A stretch of DNA of 41,532 nucleotides, taken from contig JAZLCI010000083.1 in NCBI GenBank assembly GCA_045614085.1, positions 1-41,532 of the forward strand. The letters run 5' to 3'. The translations under genes were made by a program, and so were the position numbers. The notes beneath the pieces were generated by a model. The model was not told where the DNA came from. It made no database searches and saw nothing but the letters and a program-made list of their open reading frames with translations. The first letter of the stretch is position 1, and the number at the start of each line of letters is the position of its first letter. Shown one piece after another: positions 34,275 through 41,532 of this stretch. This DNA is from Clostridia bacterium. Its GTDB lineage: Bacteria; Bacillota; Clostridia; Monoglobales; Monoglobaceae.

Positions 34275-34342
34275 TTATTTAATGACACGTTCGGGCTATG
34301 CCCGTAAAACCAAATTTTGATAAAAAGGAGGAGGTGTACTCA

Positions 34343-34783
34343 ATGAAACTTCACGAATTATCTCCAAGCGAAGGCTCTAAAAAGAAGGCATTTAGAGTAG
34401 GTAGAGGTCACGCAAGTGGTAACGGTAAAACTTCAGGTAGAGGTCATAAGGGTCAGAACAGTAGAAGCGGCGGCGGTGTACGTCCAGGTTTTGAAGGTGG
34501 CCAGATGCCTATCTACAGAAGATTACCTAAGCGTGGTTTTAACAACATTTTTGCAAAGGAATATGTTTCTATTAACGTAGAAAAACTTAATTTGCTTGAA
34601 AACGGTACTGAAGTTACTGCTGAGGTATTAAAGGAAGCAGGTATCATCTCAAAGATTTGTGACGGTATTGTAATCTTAGGCAGAGGTGAGCTTGAAAAGA
34701 AGCTGACTGTAAAGGCTAAAAGATTCAGTAAAACTGCAGCAGAAAAGATCGAAGCTGCAGGCGGAAAGGCAGAGGTGATATAA
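34343..34783 (+). CDS. rplO: 50S ribosomal protein L15
   Basis: [14 protein letters not shown] after SD AAAGGAGGAGG. The ORF-track start at 34298 is an upstream artefact. Confidence 0.96.
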   Translation: MKLHELSPSEGSKKKAFRVGRGHASGNGKTSGRGHKGQNSRSGGGVRPGFEGGQMPIYRRLPKRGFNNIFAKEYVSINVEKLNLLENGTEVTAEVLKEAGIISKICDGIVILGRGELEKKLTVKAKRFSKTAAEKIEAAGGKAEVI

Positions 34784-34784
34784 G

Positions 34785-36065
34785 ATGTTTAATACAATCA
34801 GAAATGCTTGGAAGATTGTAGACCTCAGAAAGAAGCTTATCTACACATTTATTATGTTGGTAATCTTCAGATTAGGTTCATGCATTCCTGTACCGCTTCT
34901 TGATGCATCACAGATGAGTCAGCTTTTCAGTGCTGAAAACTCTATGTTCGGTTTTATAGATATCGTTTCAGGTGGTGCGTTTAAGAATGCAACAATCTTT
35001 GCTATGAGTATTACACCGTACATTAACTCTTCAATTATTATGCAGCTTTTATGTGTAGCTATTCCTGCACTTGAAAGATTACAGCATGAAGGCGAAGAGG
35101 GAAGAAAAAAGATTGGTCAGATGATGAGATACGGAACTGTTGTTTTAGCTCTTATCCAGGCTGTAGGTCTTTACTTCTTATTAAACAGCTACGGTGCAGT
35201 TAGAAATCCAGGTTTCCCAACTGCTGTTGTTATTGTTTCTACATTTACAGCAGGTACAGCATTCCTTATGTGGCTTGGTGAACAGATCACAGAAAAGGGT
35301 GTAGGTAACGGTATTTCTCTCATAATCTTTGCAGGTATTGTATCAGGTATTCCTAGTGCTGCTACATCACTTTATGCATATGTACAGGGTGGTGAGCTTA
35401 ACTGGATCATGGTTGCAGCAATCGTTGTATTTATGATTTTAGTTATTGCTTTCGTTGTTTTAGTAAACGAAGCAGAACGCAGACTTCCTGTTCAGTACGC
35501 AAAGCGTGTTGTAGGCAGAAAGATGTATGGCGGACAGAGCTCTCATATTCCTGTTAAGGTTGCAGGAGCTGGTGTTATTCCTATCATCTTTGCAATGTCA
35601 ATTATGGCATTCCCAGGTACTATAGCAAGCTTCTTTGGTAAGAGTGCAAGCAGCGGTGGCTTCTGGGGAACATTCTTATGGATATTCTCAGGTCAGTCAT
35701 GGGTATATGCAGTGCTTTACTTCTTGCTCATAATCTTCTTCACTTATTTCTATACAGCTATACAGTTCAATCCAATTGAAATGTCAAATAACTTGAAGAA
35801 GAACGGTGGATACATTAACGGTATCAGACCTGGTAAGCCAACATCGGATTATATCTCAAAGGTACTTTCAAGAGTTACTCTTGCGGGAGCATTCTTCTTG
35901 GGTATCGTAGCAGTTATTCCGATTTTCATGAATCTCGGATTACACATTTCCAACTTCCAGATCGGTGGAACATCTCTCTTGATTGTTGTAGGTGTTGCTC
36001 TTGAAACTGTTAAGGGAATTGAATCACAGATGATCATGCGTCATTATAAGGGATTCTTAGATTAA
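34785..36065 (+). CDS. secY: preprotein translocase subunit SecY
   Basis: Ten hydrophobic segments, ITPYINSSIIMQLL and GGTSLLIVVGVALET. Confidence 0.97.
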   Translation: MFNTIRNAWKIVDLRKKLIYTFIMLVIFRLGSCIPVPLLDASQMSQLFSAENSMFGFIDIVSGGAFKNATIFAMSITPYINSSIIMQLLCVAIPALERLQHEGEEGRKKIGQMMRYGTVVLALIQAVGLYFLLNSYGAVRNPGFPTAVVIVSTFTAGTAFLMWLGEQITEKGVGNGISLIIFAGIVSGIPSAATSLYAYVQGGELNWIMVAAIVVFMILVIAFVVLVNEAERRLPVQYAKRVVGRKMYGGQSSHIPVKVAGAGVIPIIFAMSIMAFPGTIASFFGKSASSGGFWGTFLWIFSGQSWVYAVLYFLLIIFFTYFYTAIQFNPIEMSNNLKKNGGYINGIRPGKPTSDYISKVLSRVTLAGAFFLGIVAVIPIFMNLGLHISNFQIGGTSLLIVVGVALETVKGIESQMIMRHYKGFLD

Positions 36066-36076
36066 TTTAATAGCTG

Positions 36077-36112
36077 ACGGTTATTTTGCGGATTTTTCCG
36101 CAAAATAACCGT
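36077..36112 (+). other. perfect 15-bp hairpin between secY and adk, no U tract
   Basis: ACGGTTATTTTGCGGatttttCCGCAAAATAACCGT, followed by gaacttg. Confidence 0.8.
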
Positions 36113-36207
36113 GAACTTGTAAATGAGAGTAGAAACTGTACCTTAAATAGAGGGAATGATTCTGCTCTATCCGTTTATTATAGAAAGTTAAGGGAGATTT
36201 GGCTACA

Positions 36208-36840
36208 ATGAAGGTAATTTTATTAGCAGCGCCCGGTGCGGGCAAGGGAACACAAGCAGAAATGCTTAGTAAACATTTTAATATACCTACAATATCAACG
36301 GGTTCTATTCTTCGTAAAAATATAAAAGAGGGAACAGAGCTTGGTTTAATTGCAAAAAAGTATATTGATGACGGAAATCTTATACCTGATGATGTAATGA
36401 TAAAGGTTATGTATTCTCGACTTTCTGAAGATGACTGCAAAAACGGGTTTATATTAGATGGCTTTCCAAGAACTCTCAAGCAGGCAGAGGAGTTTGATAA
36501 GTCAGAAATAGGAATAGACTATATTTTAAATATAGATGTGCCTGATGAGGAAATTATTGAAAGACTTTCAGGCAGACTGGAATGTGCAAAGTGTGGAACA
36601 ACATTCCATAAGGAACACCGCAAGCCGGAAAAAGACGGAGTTTGTGATAACTGTGGTGGAGAGCTTGTTACAAGAGAAGATGATAAGCCTGAAACTATAA
36701 AGAGCAGACTTAATATCTATCATACACAGACAGAACCTTTGATTCAGTATTATGTGAATAAGAATATGTTAATAACAGTCAAAGGTCAGAAAACGATTGA
36801 AGATACAACTAAAGAAGTTTTAAAAGCTCTTGGAGAATAA
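36208..36840 (+). CDS. adk: adenylate kinase (Cys4 zinc lid)
   Basis: GAPGAGKGTQ, with lid CAKCG...CDNCGG. ATG 36208 lies 11 nt after SD AGGGAG. Confidence 0.96.
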   Translation: MKVILLAAPGAGKGTQAEMLSKHFNIPTISTGSILRKNIKEGTELGLIAKKYIDDGNLIPDDVMIKVMYSRLSEDDCKNGFILDGFPRTLKQAEEFDKSEIGIDYILNIDVPDEEIIERLSGRLECAKCGTTFHKEHRKPEKDGVCDNCGGELVTREDDKPETIKSRLNIYHTQTEPLIQYYVNKNMLITVKGQKTIEDTTKEVLKALGE

Positions 36841-36898
36841 CTTTGAAAACAAATCGGGCGAAAGTCCGATACATATATAAATGAAAGAGGAAGCATAG

Positions 36899-37648
36899 AT
36901 GGTCAGCATTAAATCTAAATCAGAAATTGAAAAGATGAAGGTTGCCGGACGTGTTACTTATGAGGCTTTATGTGCCGTAGAAGAAGCAGTTAAGCCGGGA
37001 GTGACTACGGCTGAACTTGATAAAATTGCAGAAAAATATATTAGGTCACAAGGATGCATTCCTACATTTAAAGGATATGGAGGGTTTCCTGCAAGTATAT
37101 GTGCAAGTGTGAACGATGAAATCATCCATGGTATCCCTGATAACAGGGGTTTAAAGGAAGGCGACATCGTATCTATTGACGTAGGTGCTTGCTATAACGG
37201 ATATAACGGCGATGCAGCAAGAACATTTGGTGTTGGAAAAATTTCAGATGAGGCTCAAAGACTTATTGATGTTACAAGAGATAGCTTTTTTGAAGCTTTA
37301 AAAATGGTCAGAGAAAATAATAGAATAAGTGATATATCAGGTGCCGTTCAAAAATATGTAGAAGAAAATGGCTTTTCTGTGCTTCGTAATTATTGCGGAC
37401 ACGGAATTGGAGCAGAAATGCACGAAGACCCAGAAGTTCCTAATTACGTAACAGGAGCGCGTGGAATTAGAATTAAAGCAGGAATGTGCCTGGCGATTGA
37501 GCCGATGGTTTGTCAGTTTGACCATAAGGTATATGTTGCTGATAATGACTGGACCGTTATTACAAGAGATGGTGGTCTTACTGCTCACTATGAAAATTCA
37601 GTTCTTGTTACAAACGGAGAGCCATACTTGTTGACTCTTCCTAAATAA
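36899..37648 (+). CDS. map: type I methionine aminopeptidase
   Basis: Motifs DIVSIDVG, GYNGD, CGHGIG, LAIEPM. Confidence 0.96.
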   Translation: MVSIKSKSEIEKMKVAGRVTYEALCAVEEAVKPGVTTAELDKIAEKYIRSQGCIPTFKGYGGFPASICASVNDEIIHGIPDNRGLKEGDIVSIDVGACYNGYNGDAARTFGVGKISDEAQRLIDVTRDSFFEALKMVRENNRISDISGAVQKYVEENGFSVLRNYCGHGIGAEMHEDPEVPNYVTGARGIRIKAGMCLAIEPMVCQFDHKVYVADNDWTVITRDGGLTAHYENSVLVTNGEPYLLTLPK

Positions 37649-37663
37649 CAGGAGGAAGAACAA

Positions 37664-37918
37664 ATGATATCAGTTGGCGATATGGTTATATCACATATGG
37701 GTCACGATAAAGGTAACTTTTTTATTGTGACAGAGGTAGATAATACCTATGTAACTATATGTGACGGAAAGACAAGAAAAGCGGATAAGAAAAAGAAGAA
37801 GAAAATCAAACATGTAAAACCGACGGGTTTTAGAACAGATTTGTTAAATAATATACCGCAGTACGCGGTGGATGCAAATATAAGGCGTGAGATAAAACGT
37901 CTGAAAAATAATCTGTAA
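37664..37918 (+). CDS. KOW-domain RNA-binding protein (uncharacterised, between map and infA)
   Basis: [21 protein letters not shown] has a KOW-like pattern, followed by a Lys-run [11 protein letters not shown]. Strong SD AGGAGGAAG. Confidence 0.75.
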   Translation: MISVGDMVISHMGHDKGNFFIVTEVDNTYVTICDGKTRKADKKKKKKIKHVKPTGFRTDLLNNIPQYAVDANIRREIKRLKNNL

Positions 37919-37931
37919 AGGAGGATTAACT

Positions 37932-38150
37932 ATGTCAAAGGAAGATGTTTTGGAAATAGAAGGTACTGTCCTTGAAGCCTTACCTAATGCGATGTTCAAA
38001 GTTGAACTTGAGAACGGACATCAGATACTCGCACATATTTCAGGCAAGCTCAGAATGCACTTCATCAGAATATTACCTGGCGATAAGGTAACAGTTGAGA
38101 TTTCTCCATATGACCTTACAAAGGGTAGAATTACATGGAGAGCGAAATAA
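37932..38150 (+). CDS. infA: translation initiation factor IF-1
   Basis: [30 protein letters not shown]. Confidence 0.97.
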   Translation: MSKEDVLEIEGTVLEALPNAMFKVELENGHQILAHISGKLRMHFIRILPGDKVTVEISPYDLTKGRITWRAK

Positions 38151-38161
38151 TATAAGCAACA

Positions 38162-38206
38162 AGCTGTAACAAGATGGATAGACATTTTGTTACAGCTATT
38201 CTTTTT
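38162..38206 (+). terminator. intrinsic terminator after infA
   Basis: AGCTGTAACAA(14-nt loop)TTGTTACAGCT followed by attCTTTTT. Confidence 0.75.
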
Positions 38207-38224
38207 AGAGAAAGGGTGATTTAT

Positions 38225-39316
38225 ATGCTGAAAAAAACCTTAATATTAATCTGCGCTATATTTTTAATGACTATGGCTTCAGGGTGTAAGAATAAGGCAG
38301 AAGAAACATCTGCAGAAAAGTCAGGCGTCAGAGAAATAACAGTTAGCTGTGCAGGGGACTGTACATTAGGAACAGATTCAGCCTTTGGGGGAATAACCTT
38401 TCCTGTTGAAGTAAGTAATCATGGCGGAGATTATGGTTTTTTTATGCGTAATGTTAAGCCGTACTTTGAAAGCGACGATCTGACAATAGTCAATTTTGAA
38501 GGGACTCTTACCGAGAGAGGCACAAGACAGGATAAAACATTTGCCTTTCGCGGTAGCCCTGAATATACAAAGGTTTTGACAGAGGGAAGTATAGAGGCTG
38601 TTACACTTGCAAATAATCACAGCAAGGATTATGGTGATGTAAGCCGTGAGGATACCATAAAGTATCTTGAAGAAGCAGGGATAATCTGGTTTGAAAAGCT
38701 GAATACACGGGTTATAGATGTAAAGGGTGTGAAAGTTGGTCTTATAGGACTTTATTCTCTTGACGGAAGCTCTGAGGGTAACCTCACTCCTGCAATAGAG
38801 AAGGTAAAGAGTGATGGTGCAGAAATAATAATTGTTCAGGTCCATTGGGGAATTGAGGGAAACAATTATCCTGATGAAAGTCAGGTAAATCTCGCTCATA
38901 GAGCAATAGATGAAGGGGCGGATTTGGTTATAGGTCACCATCCTCACGTTTTGCAGGGTGTGGAGTGTTATAAGGGTAAGATGATAGCATATAGCCTTGG
39001 TAACTTCTGCTTCGGCGGAAACCAGAATCCAAGGGATAAGGACAGTATGATTTTCAGGCAGACATTCAGAATTTCTAAAAATAGTGAAAAAGATTGTAAG
39101 GATTATGTAGTTATCCCGTGTTCTATTTCGTCAGTACAGGGTAGAAACAATTATCAGCCAACCCCTCTTAAAGATTCAGAGAAAAAGAGAGTTGAAAATA
39201 AAATTCAGACATTTTCAAACGAACTTTCGGATATAAAGGTTAAATTTGAGGGCTACGATACTGCAGATACATACGAAGAAAACCCCATAAATGAGAACAG
39301 AAGTATGATATTATAG
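38225..39316 (+). CDS. CapA-family (PGA_cap, metallophosphatase-like) lipoprotein
   Basis: Lipobox LMTMASGC at the N-terminus. Motifs CAGDCTLG, LANNHSKDYG, VQVHWGIEG, GADLVIGHHPHVLQG, SLGNFCFGG. The ORF-track start at 38174 overlaps the infA terminator. Confidence 0.85.
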   Translation: MLKKTLILICAIFLMTMASGCKNKAEETSAEKSGVREITVSCAGDCTLGTDSAFGGITFPVEVSNHGGDYGFFMRNVKPYFESDDLTIVNFEGTLTERGTRQDKTFAFRGSPEYTKVLTEGSIEAVTLANNHSKDYGDVSREDTIKYLEEAGIIWFEKLNTRVIDVKGVKVGLIGLYSLDGSSEGNLTPAIEKVKSDGAEIIIVQVHWGIEGNNYPDESQVNLAHRAIDEGADLVIGHHPHVLQGVECYKGKMIAYSLGNFCFGGNQNPRDKDSMIFRQTFRISKNSEKDCKDYVVIPCSISSVQGRNNYQPTPLKDSEKKRVENKIQTFSNELSDIKVKFEGYDTADTYEENPINENRSMIL

Positions 39317-39367
39317 TATAGTTGTTTTGGTTAAAATTAAAATTTCATAAAAAGTTTTCTCAAATGC

Positions 39368-39396
39368 TTGACATAATGGGAAACTTGTGATATTAT
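39368..39396 (+). promoter_or_regulatory. promoter (TTGACA-N17-TGaTATTAT) restarting the alpha-operon part
   Basis: TTGACA at 39368-39373 and TGaTATTAT at 39388-39396. The -35 and extended -10 cores are identical to those of the rpsJ promoter. Confidence 0.7.
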
Positions 39397-39468
39397 TATA
39401 TGGTTCGCTTTATGTGTGGTAGTATGCATAAATAGCGGATTAGTCAAAATTAGGAGGTGAAGGATTCG

Positions 39469-39582
39469 ATGAAAGTAAAACCTTCAGTAAAACCTATTTG
39501 TGAAAAATGTAAAATTATAAAGAGAAAAGGCAAGATTATGGTAATTTGCGAAAACCCACGCCATAAGCAGAAGCAGGGTTAA
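39469..39582 (+). CDS. rpmJ: 50S ribosomal protein L36 (37 aa; absent from the ORF track)
   Basis: My translation is [48 protein letters not shown]. Confidence 0.93.
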   Translation: MKVKPSVKPICEKCKIIKRKGKIMVICENPRHKQKQG

Positions 39583-39706
39583 TCGCACAGGTTCATTTGG
39601 GGCAGGGTCAGGCTTATGAACCACAATTACTTTTAAGCTGATTCCGCATATGCGGGTGAAATTCTGCTCCGTTTGTTTTTTCTAAAATTAATGGAGGTGA
39701 AAATTT
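39583..39706 (+). promoter_or_regulatory. structured rpmJ-rpsM spacer (candidate regulatory leader or attenuator)
   Basis: Hairpin GGTTCAT(19-nt loop)ATGAACC at 39590-39622. Its loop segment GGGGCAG (39599-39605) is complementary to CTGCTCC (39664-39670), which precedes GTTTGTTTTTT. Palindrome CCGCATATGCGG at 39644-39655. Confidence 0.4.
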
Positions 39707-40072
39707 ATGGCACGTATTGCAGGTGTAGATTTACCTAACGATAAGAGAGTTGAAATCGGTTTAACTTATATTTTCGGTATTGGTTTATCTACTGCTAAGA
39801 AAATTCTTGAGGCGACAGGTGTAAACCCTGACACAAGAGTTAAGGATTTATCTGAGGAAGATGTTCAGAAGCTCAGAAACGAAATCGACAACTACAACGT
39901 TGAGGGTGACTTAAGACGTGATGTAGCACTTGATATCAAGCGTTTGATGGAAATTAACTGCTACCGTGGTATGCGTCACAGAAAGAGCTTACCAGTTCGT
40001 GGTCAGCGTTCTAAGACAAATGCAAGAACACGTAAGGGTCCTAAGAAGACTATCGCAAACAAGAAGAAATAA
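39707..40072 (+). CDS. rpsM: 30S ribosomal protein S13
   Basis: [26 protein letters not shown]. Confidence 0.97.
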   Translation: MARIAGVDLPNDKRVEIGLTYIFGIGLSTAKKILEATGVNPDTRVKDLSEEDVQKLRNEIDNYNVEGDLRRDVALDIKRLMEINCYRGMRHRKSLPVRGQRSKTNARTRKGPKKTIANKKK

Positions 40073-40203
40073 TTATTGAGATATCAATATACTACCATTG
40101 TTTATTCTTGTTTAAAACAGGGCATTGTTTATGCCAAAATGAATTTTGATTATTTTCTGTATAAATATACAGATATTCGTATTTTCAGGAGGTGAAAAAT
40201 ACA

Positions 40204-40596
40204 ATGGCAAAGGCAGTTAAAAAGACACGTCGTCGTAGAGAGAAAAAGAACATCGAACGCGGCGCAGCACATATTAAATCTACATTTAATAATACCATTG
40301 TTACTATTACAGATGTAGCCGGAAATGCTATTTCTTGGGCATCAGCCGGTGGTCTCGGATTCAGAGGTTCGAGAAAGAGTACTCCTTTTGCAGCTCAGAT
40401 GGCTGCAGAAACAGCAGCAAAGGCTGCTATGGAGCACGGTTTAAAGTATGTTGAAGTATATGTTAAGGGTCCTGGTTCAGGCCGTGAAGCAGCTATTCGT
40501 GCGCTTCAGGTTGCAGGTCTTGAAGTTAACATGATTAAGGACGTTACACCTATTCCTCACAACGGTTGTAGACCGCCAAAGAGAAGACGTGTATAA
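40204..40596 (+). CDS. rpsK: 30S ribosomal protein S11
   Basis: [21 protein letters not shown] 40204 follows SD AGGAGGTGA. Confidence 0.97.
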   Translation: MAKAVKKTRRRREKKNIERGAAHIKSTFNNTIVTITDVAGNAISWASAGGLGFRGSRKSTPFAAQMAAETAAKAAMEHGLKYVEVYVKGPGSGREAAIRALQVAGLEVNMIKDVTPIPHNGCRPPKRRRV

Positions 40597-40614
40597 TTAC
40601 GGAGGTGAAAATTT

Positions 40615-41241
40615 ATGGCAAGATATACTGAATCAGTTTGCAGAATCTGCAGACGTGAAGGTCAGAAGTTATTCTTAAAGGGTGACAGATGTTACTCTGA
40701 TAAGTGTGCTGTTGACAGACGTGCTTATGCACCAGGTCAGCACGGCCAGGGACGCCGTAAACTTTCTGAGTACGGAACACAGCTCCGTGAAAAGCAGAAG
40801 GTAAGACGTGCTTATGGCATCTTGGAAGGTCAGTTCGCTCACTATTTCGAAATGGCTAACAAGAAGGAAGGCGTTACAGGTGAAAACTTGCTCACAATCT
40901 TAGAGAGCAGACTTGATAACGTTGTATACAGACTTGGTCTTGCAGTATCAAGACCAGAAGCTAGACAGCTTGTTTCACACGCTCACTTTACAGTAAACGG
41001 CAAGAAGGTTAATATCCCTTCATACCTTGTAAAGCCTGGTGATGTTATCGCTGTTAAGGAAGGCTCACGTAAGAGCGCTAAGTTCGATGCAATCCTTGCA
41101 TCAACAGAAAGCAAGAACGTTCCAAAGTGGCTCGATATGAACAGAGATACATTAGAAGGTAAGGTTATTGCATATGCTGAAAGAGAAGATATCGATATGG
41201 ATATCGCAGAGCATATGATCGTTGAGTATTACAGCAAATAA
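40615..41241 (+). CDS. rpsD: 30S ribosomal protein S4
   Basis: [26 protein letters not shown]. Confidence 0.97.
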   Translation: MARYTESVCRICRREGQKLFLKGDRCYSDKCAVDRRAYAPGQHGQGRRKLSEYGTQLREKQKVRRAYGILEGQFAHYFEMANKKEGVTGENLLTILESRLDNVVYRLGLAVSRPEARQLVSHAHFTVNGKKVNIPSYLVKPGDVIAVKEGSRKSAKFDAILASTESKNVPKWLDMNRDTLEGKVIAYAEREDIDMDIAEHMIVEYYSK

Positions 41242-41254
41242 TAAATTGTTGTAA

Positions 41255-41279
41255 GCAAGGAAAATCCTTGCAAATTTTT
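41255..41279 (+). terminator. hairpin plus T-run between rpsD and rpoA (probable partial terminator or attenuator)
   Basis: GCAAGGAaaaTCCTTGC followed by aaaTTTTT. Confidence 0.5.
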
Positions 41280-41292
41280 AGGAGGGCTGACA

Positions 41293-41532
41293 ATGATAGA
41301 AATAGAAAAGCCAAGAATTGAATGCGTTGAAGCATCCGAAGATAACAAGTACGGCAAATTTGTTGTTGAACCTCTGGAGAGAGGTTACGGTACAACACTG
41401 GGCAACTCTCTAAGAAGAATGCTGTTGTCATCATTGCCGGGCGTTGCAGCTACATCAGTTAAAATTGATGGTGTAGTGCACGAATTTTCAACAATTCCCG
41501 GTGTGAAGGAAGATGGAACAGAGATAATACTC
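41293..41532 (+). CDS. rpoA: DNA-directed RNA polymerase alpha subunit, N-terminal 80 codons (runs off the window; absent from the ORF track)
   Basis: My translation is [50 protein letters not shown]... SD AGGAGGG. Confidence 0.92.
   Translation, partial: MIEIEKPRIECVEASEDNKYGKFVVEPLERGYGTTLGNSLRRMLLSSLPGVAATSVKIDGVVHEFSTIPGVKEDGTEIIL

Noticed and set aside
36081-36479. 132-aa minus-strand ORF overlapping the secY-adk spacer and the adk 5' end
   Set aside because: It is antisense to a well-supported adk gene, spans the perfect hairpin, and has no SD.
38378-38947. 189-aa antisense ORF inside the CapA-like gene
   Set aside because: The plus strand carries clear CapA family motifs. The antisense ORF has no SD and a low-complexity, Ile/Tyr/Cys-rich composition typical of antisense frames in AT-rich genes.

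Overview
Chromosomal window from a low-GC Firmicute. ctsR-mcsA-mcsB-clpC, spoIIR, a clostridial 2x[4Fe-4S] ferredoxin and a KOW-protein gene between map and infA suggest Clostridia. Almost all of it is core housekeeping. Gene content: (i) 1-8.7 kb holds a ThyX-fold-like ORF, ferredoxin, an HTH-only AraC fragment, then dnaA-mnmE-(DnaD-domain protein)-(DnaC/DnaI-like loader), an 876-bp ORF-free hairpin-rich island, noc-like parB and a small PII-fold-like ORF. (ii) 8.7-16.3 kb on the minus strand holds the clpC-mcsB-mcsA-ctsR stress operon with a clear CtsR operator, then a radical-SAM gene, argB and argC. (iii) 16.5-24.7 kb holds an orphan MsmK-type ABC ATPase, spoIIR (-), ddl, murI, a DUF1934 gene, argS, a small secreted protein and an S41 peptidase. 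(iv) 24.8-41.5 kb holds the S10-spc-alpha ribosomal cluster (rpsJ to rpoA, with secY, adk, map, infA), including three genes missing from the ORF track: rpmD, rpmJ and partial rpoA. I found no tRNA, rRNA, CRISPR array, transposase, or obvious defence or toxin system. The non-standard signals are mostly non-coding: a REPIN-like GTAG-hairpin doublet, two convergent homologous two-hairpin C-rich modules each ending at a terminator, a structured about 240-bp insert bracketed by a duplicated terminator hairpin, a long structured rpsJ leader, and a possible pseudoknot leader before rpsM. Also unusual are the dnaA context (mnmE instead of dnaN, few DnaA boxes, phased A5-6T6-7 tracts), a CapA-family lipoprotein gene inserted between infA and rpmJ, and a Cys4 C-terminus on L24. 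All functional calls rest on by-eye motif recognition. No searches were run.
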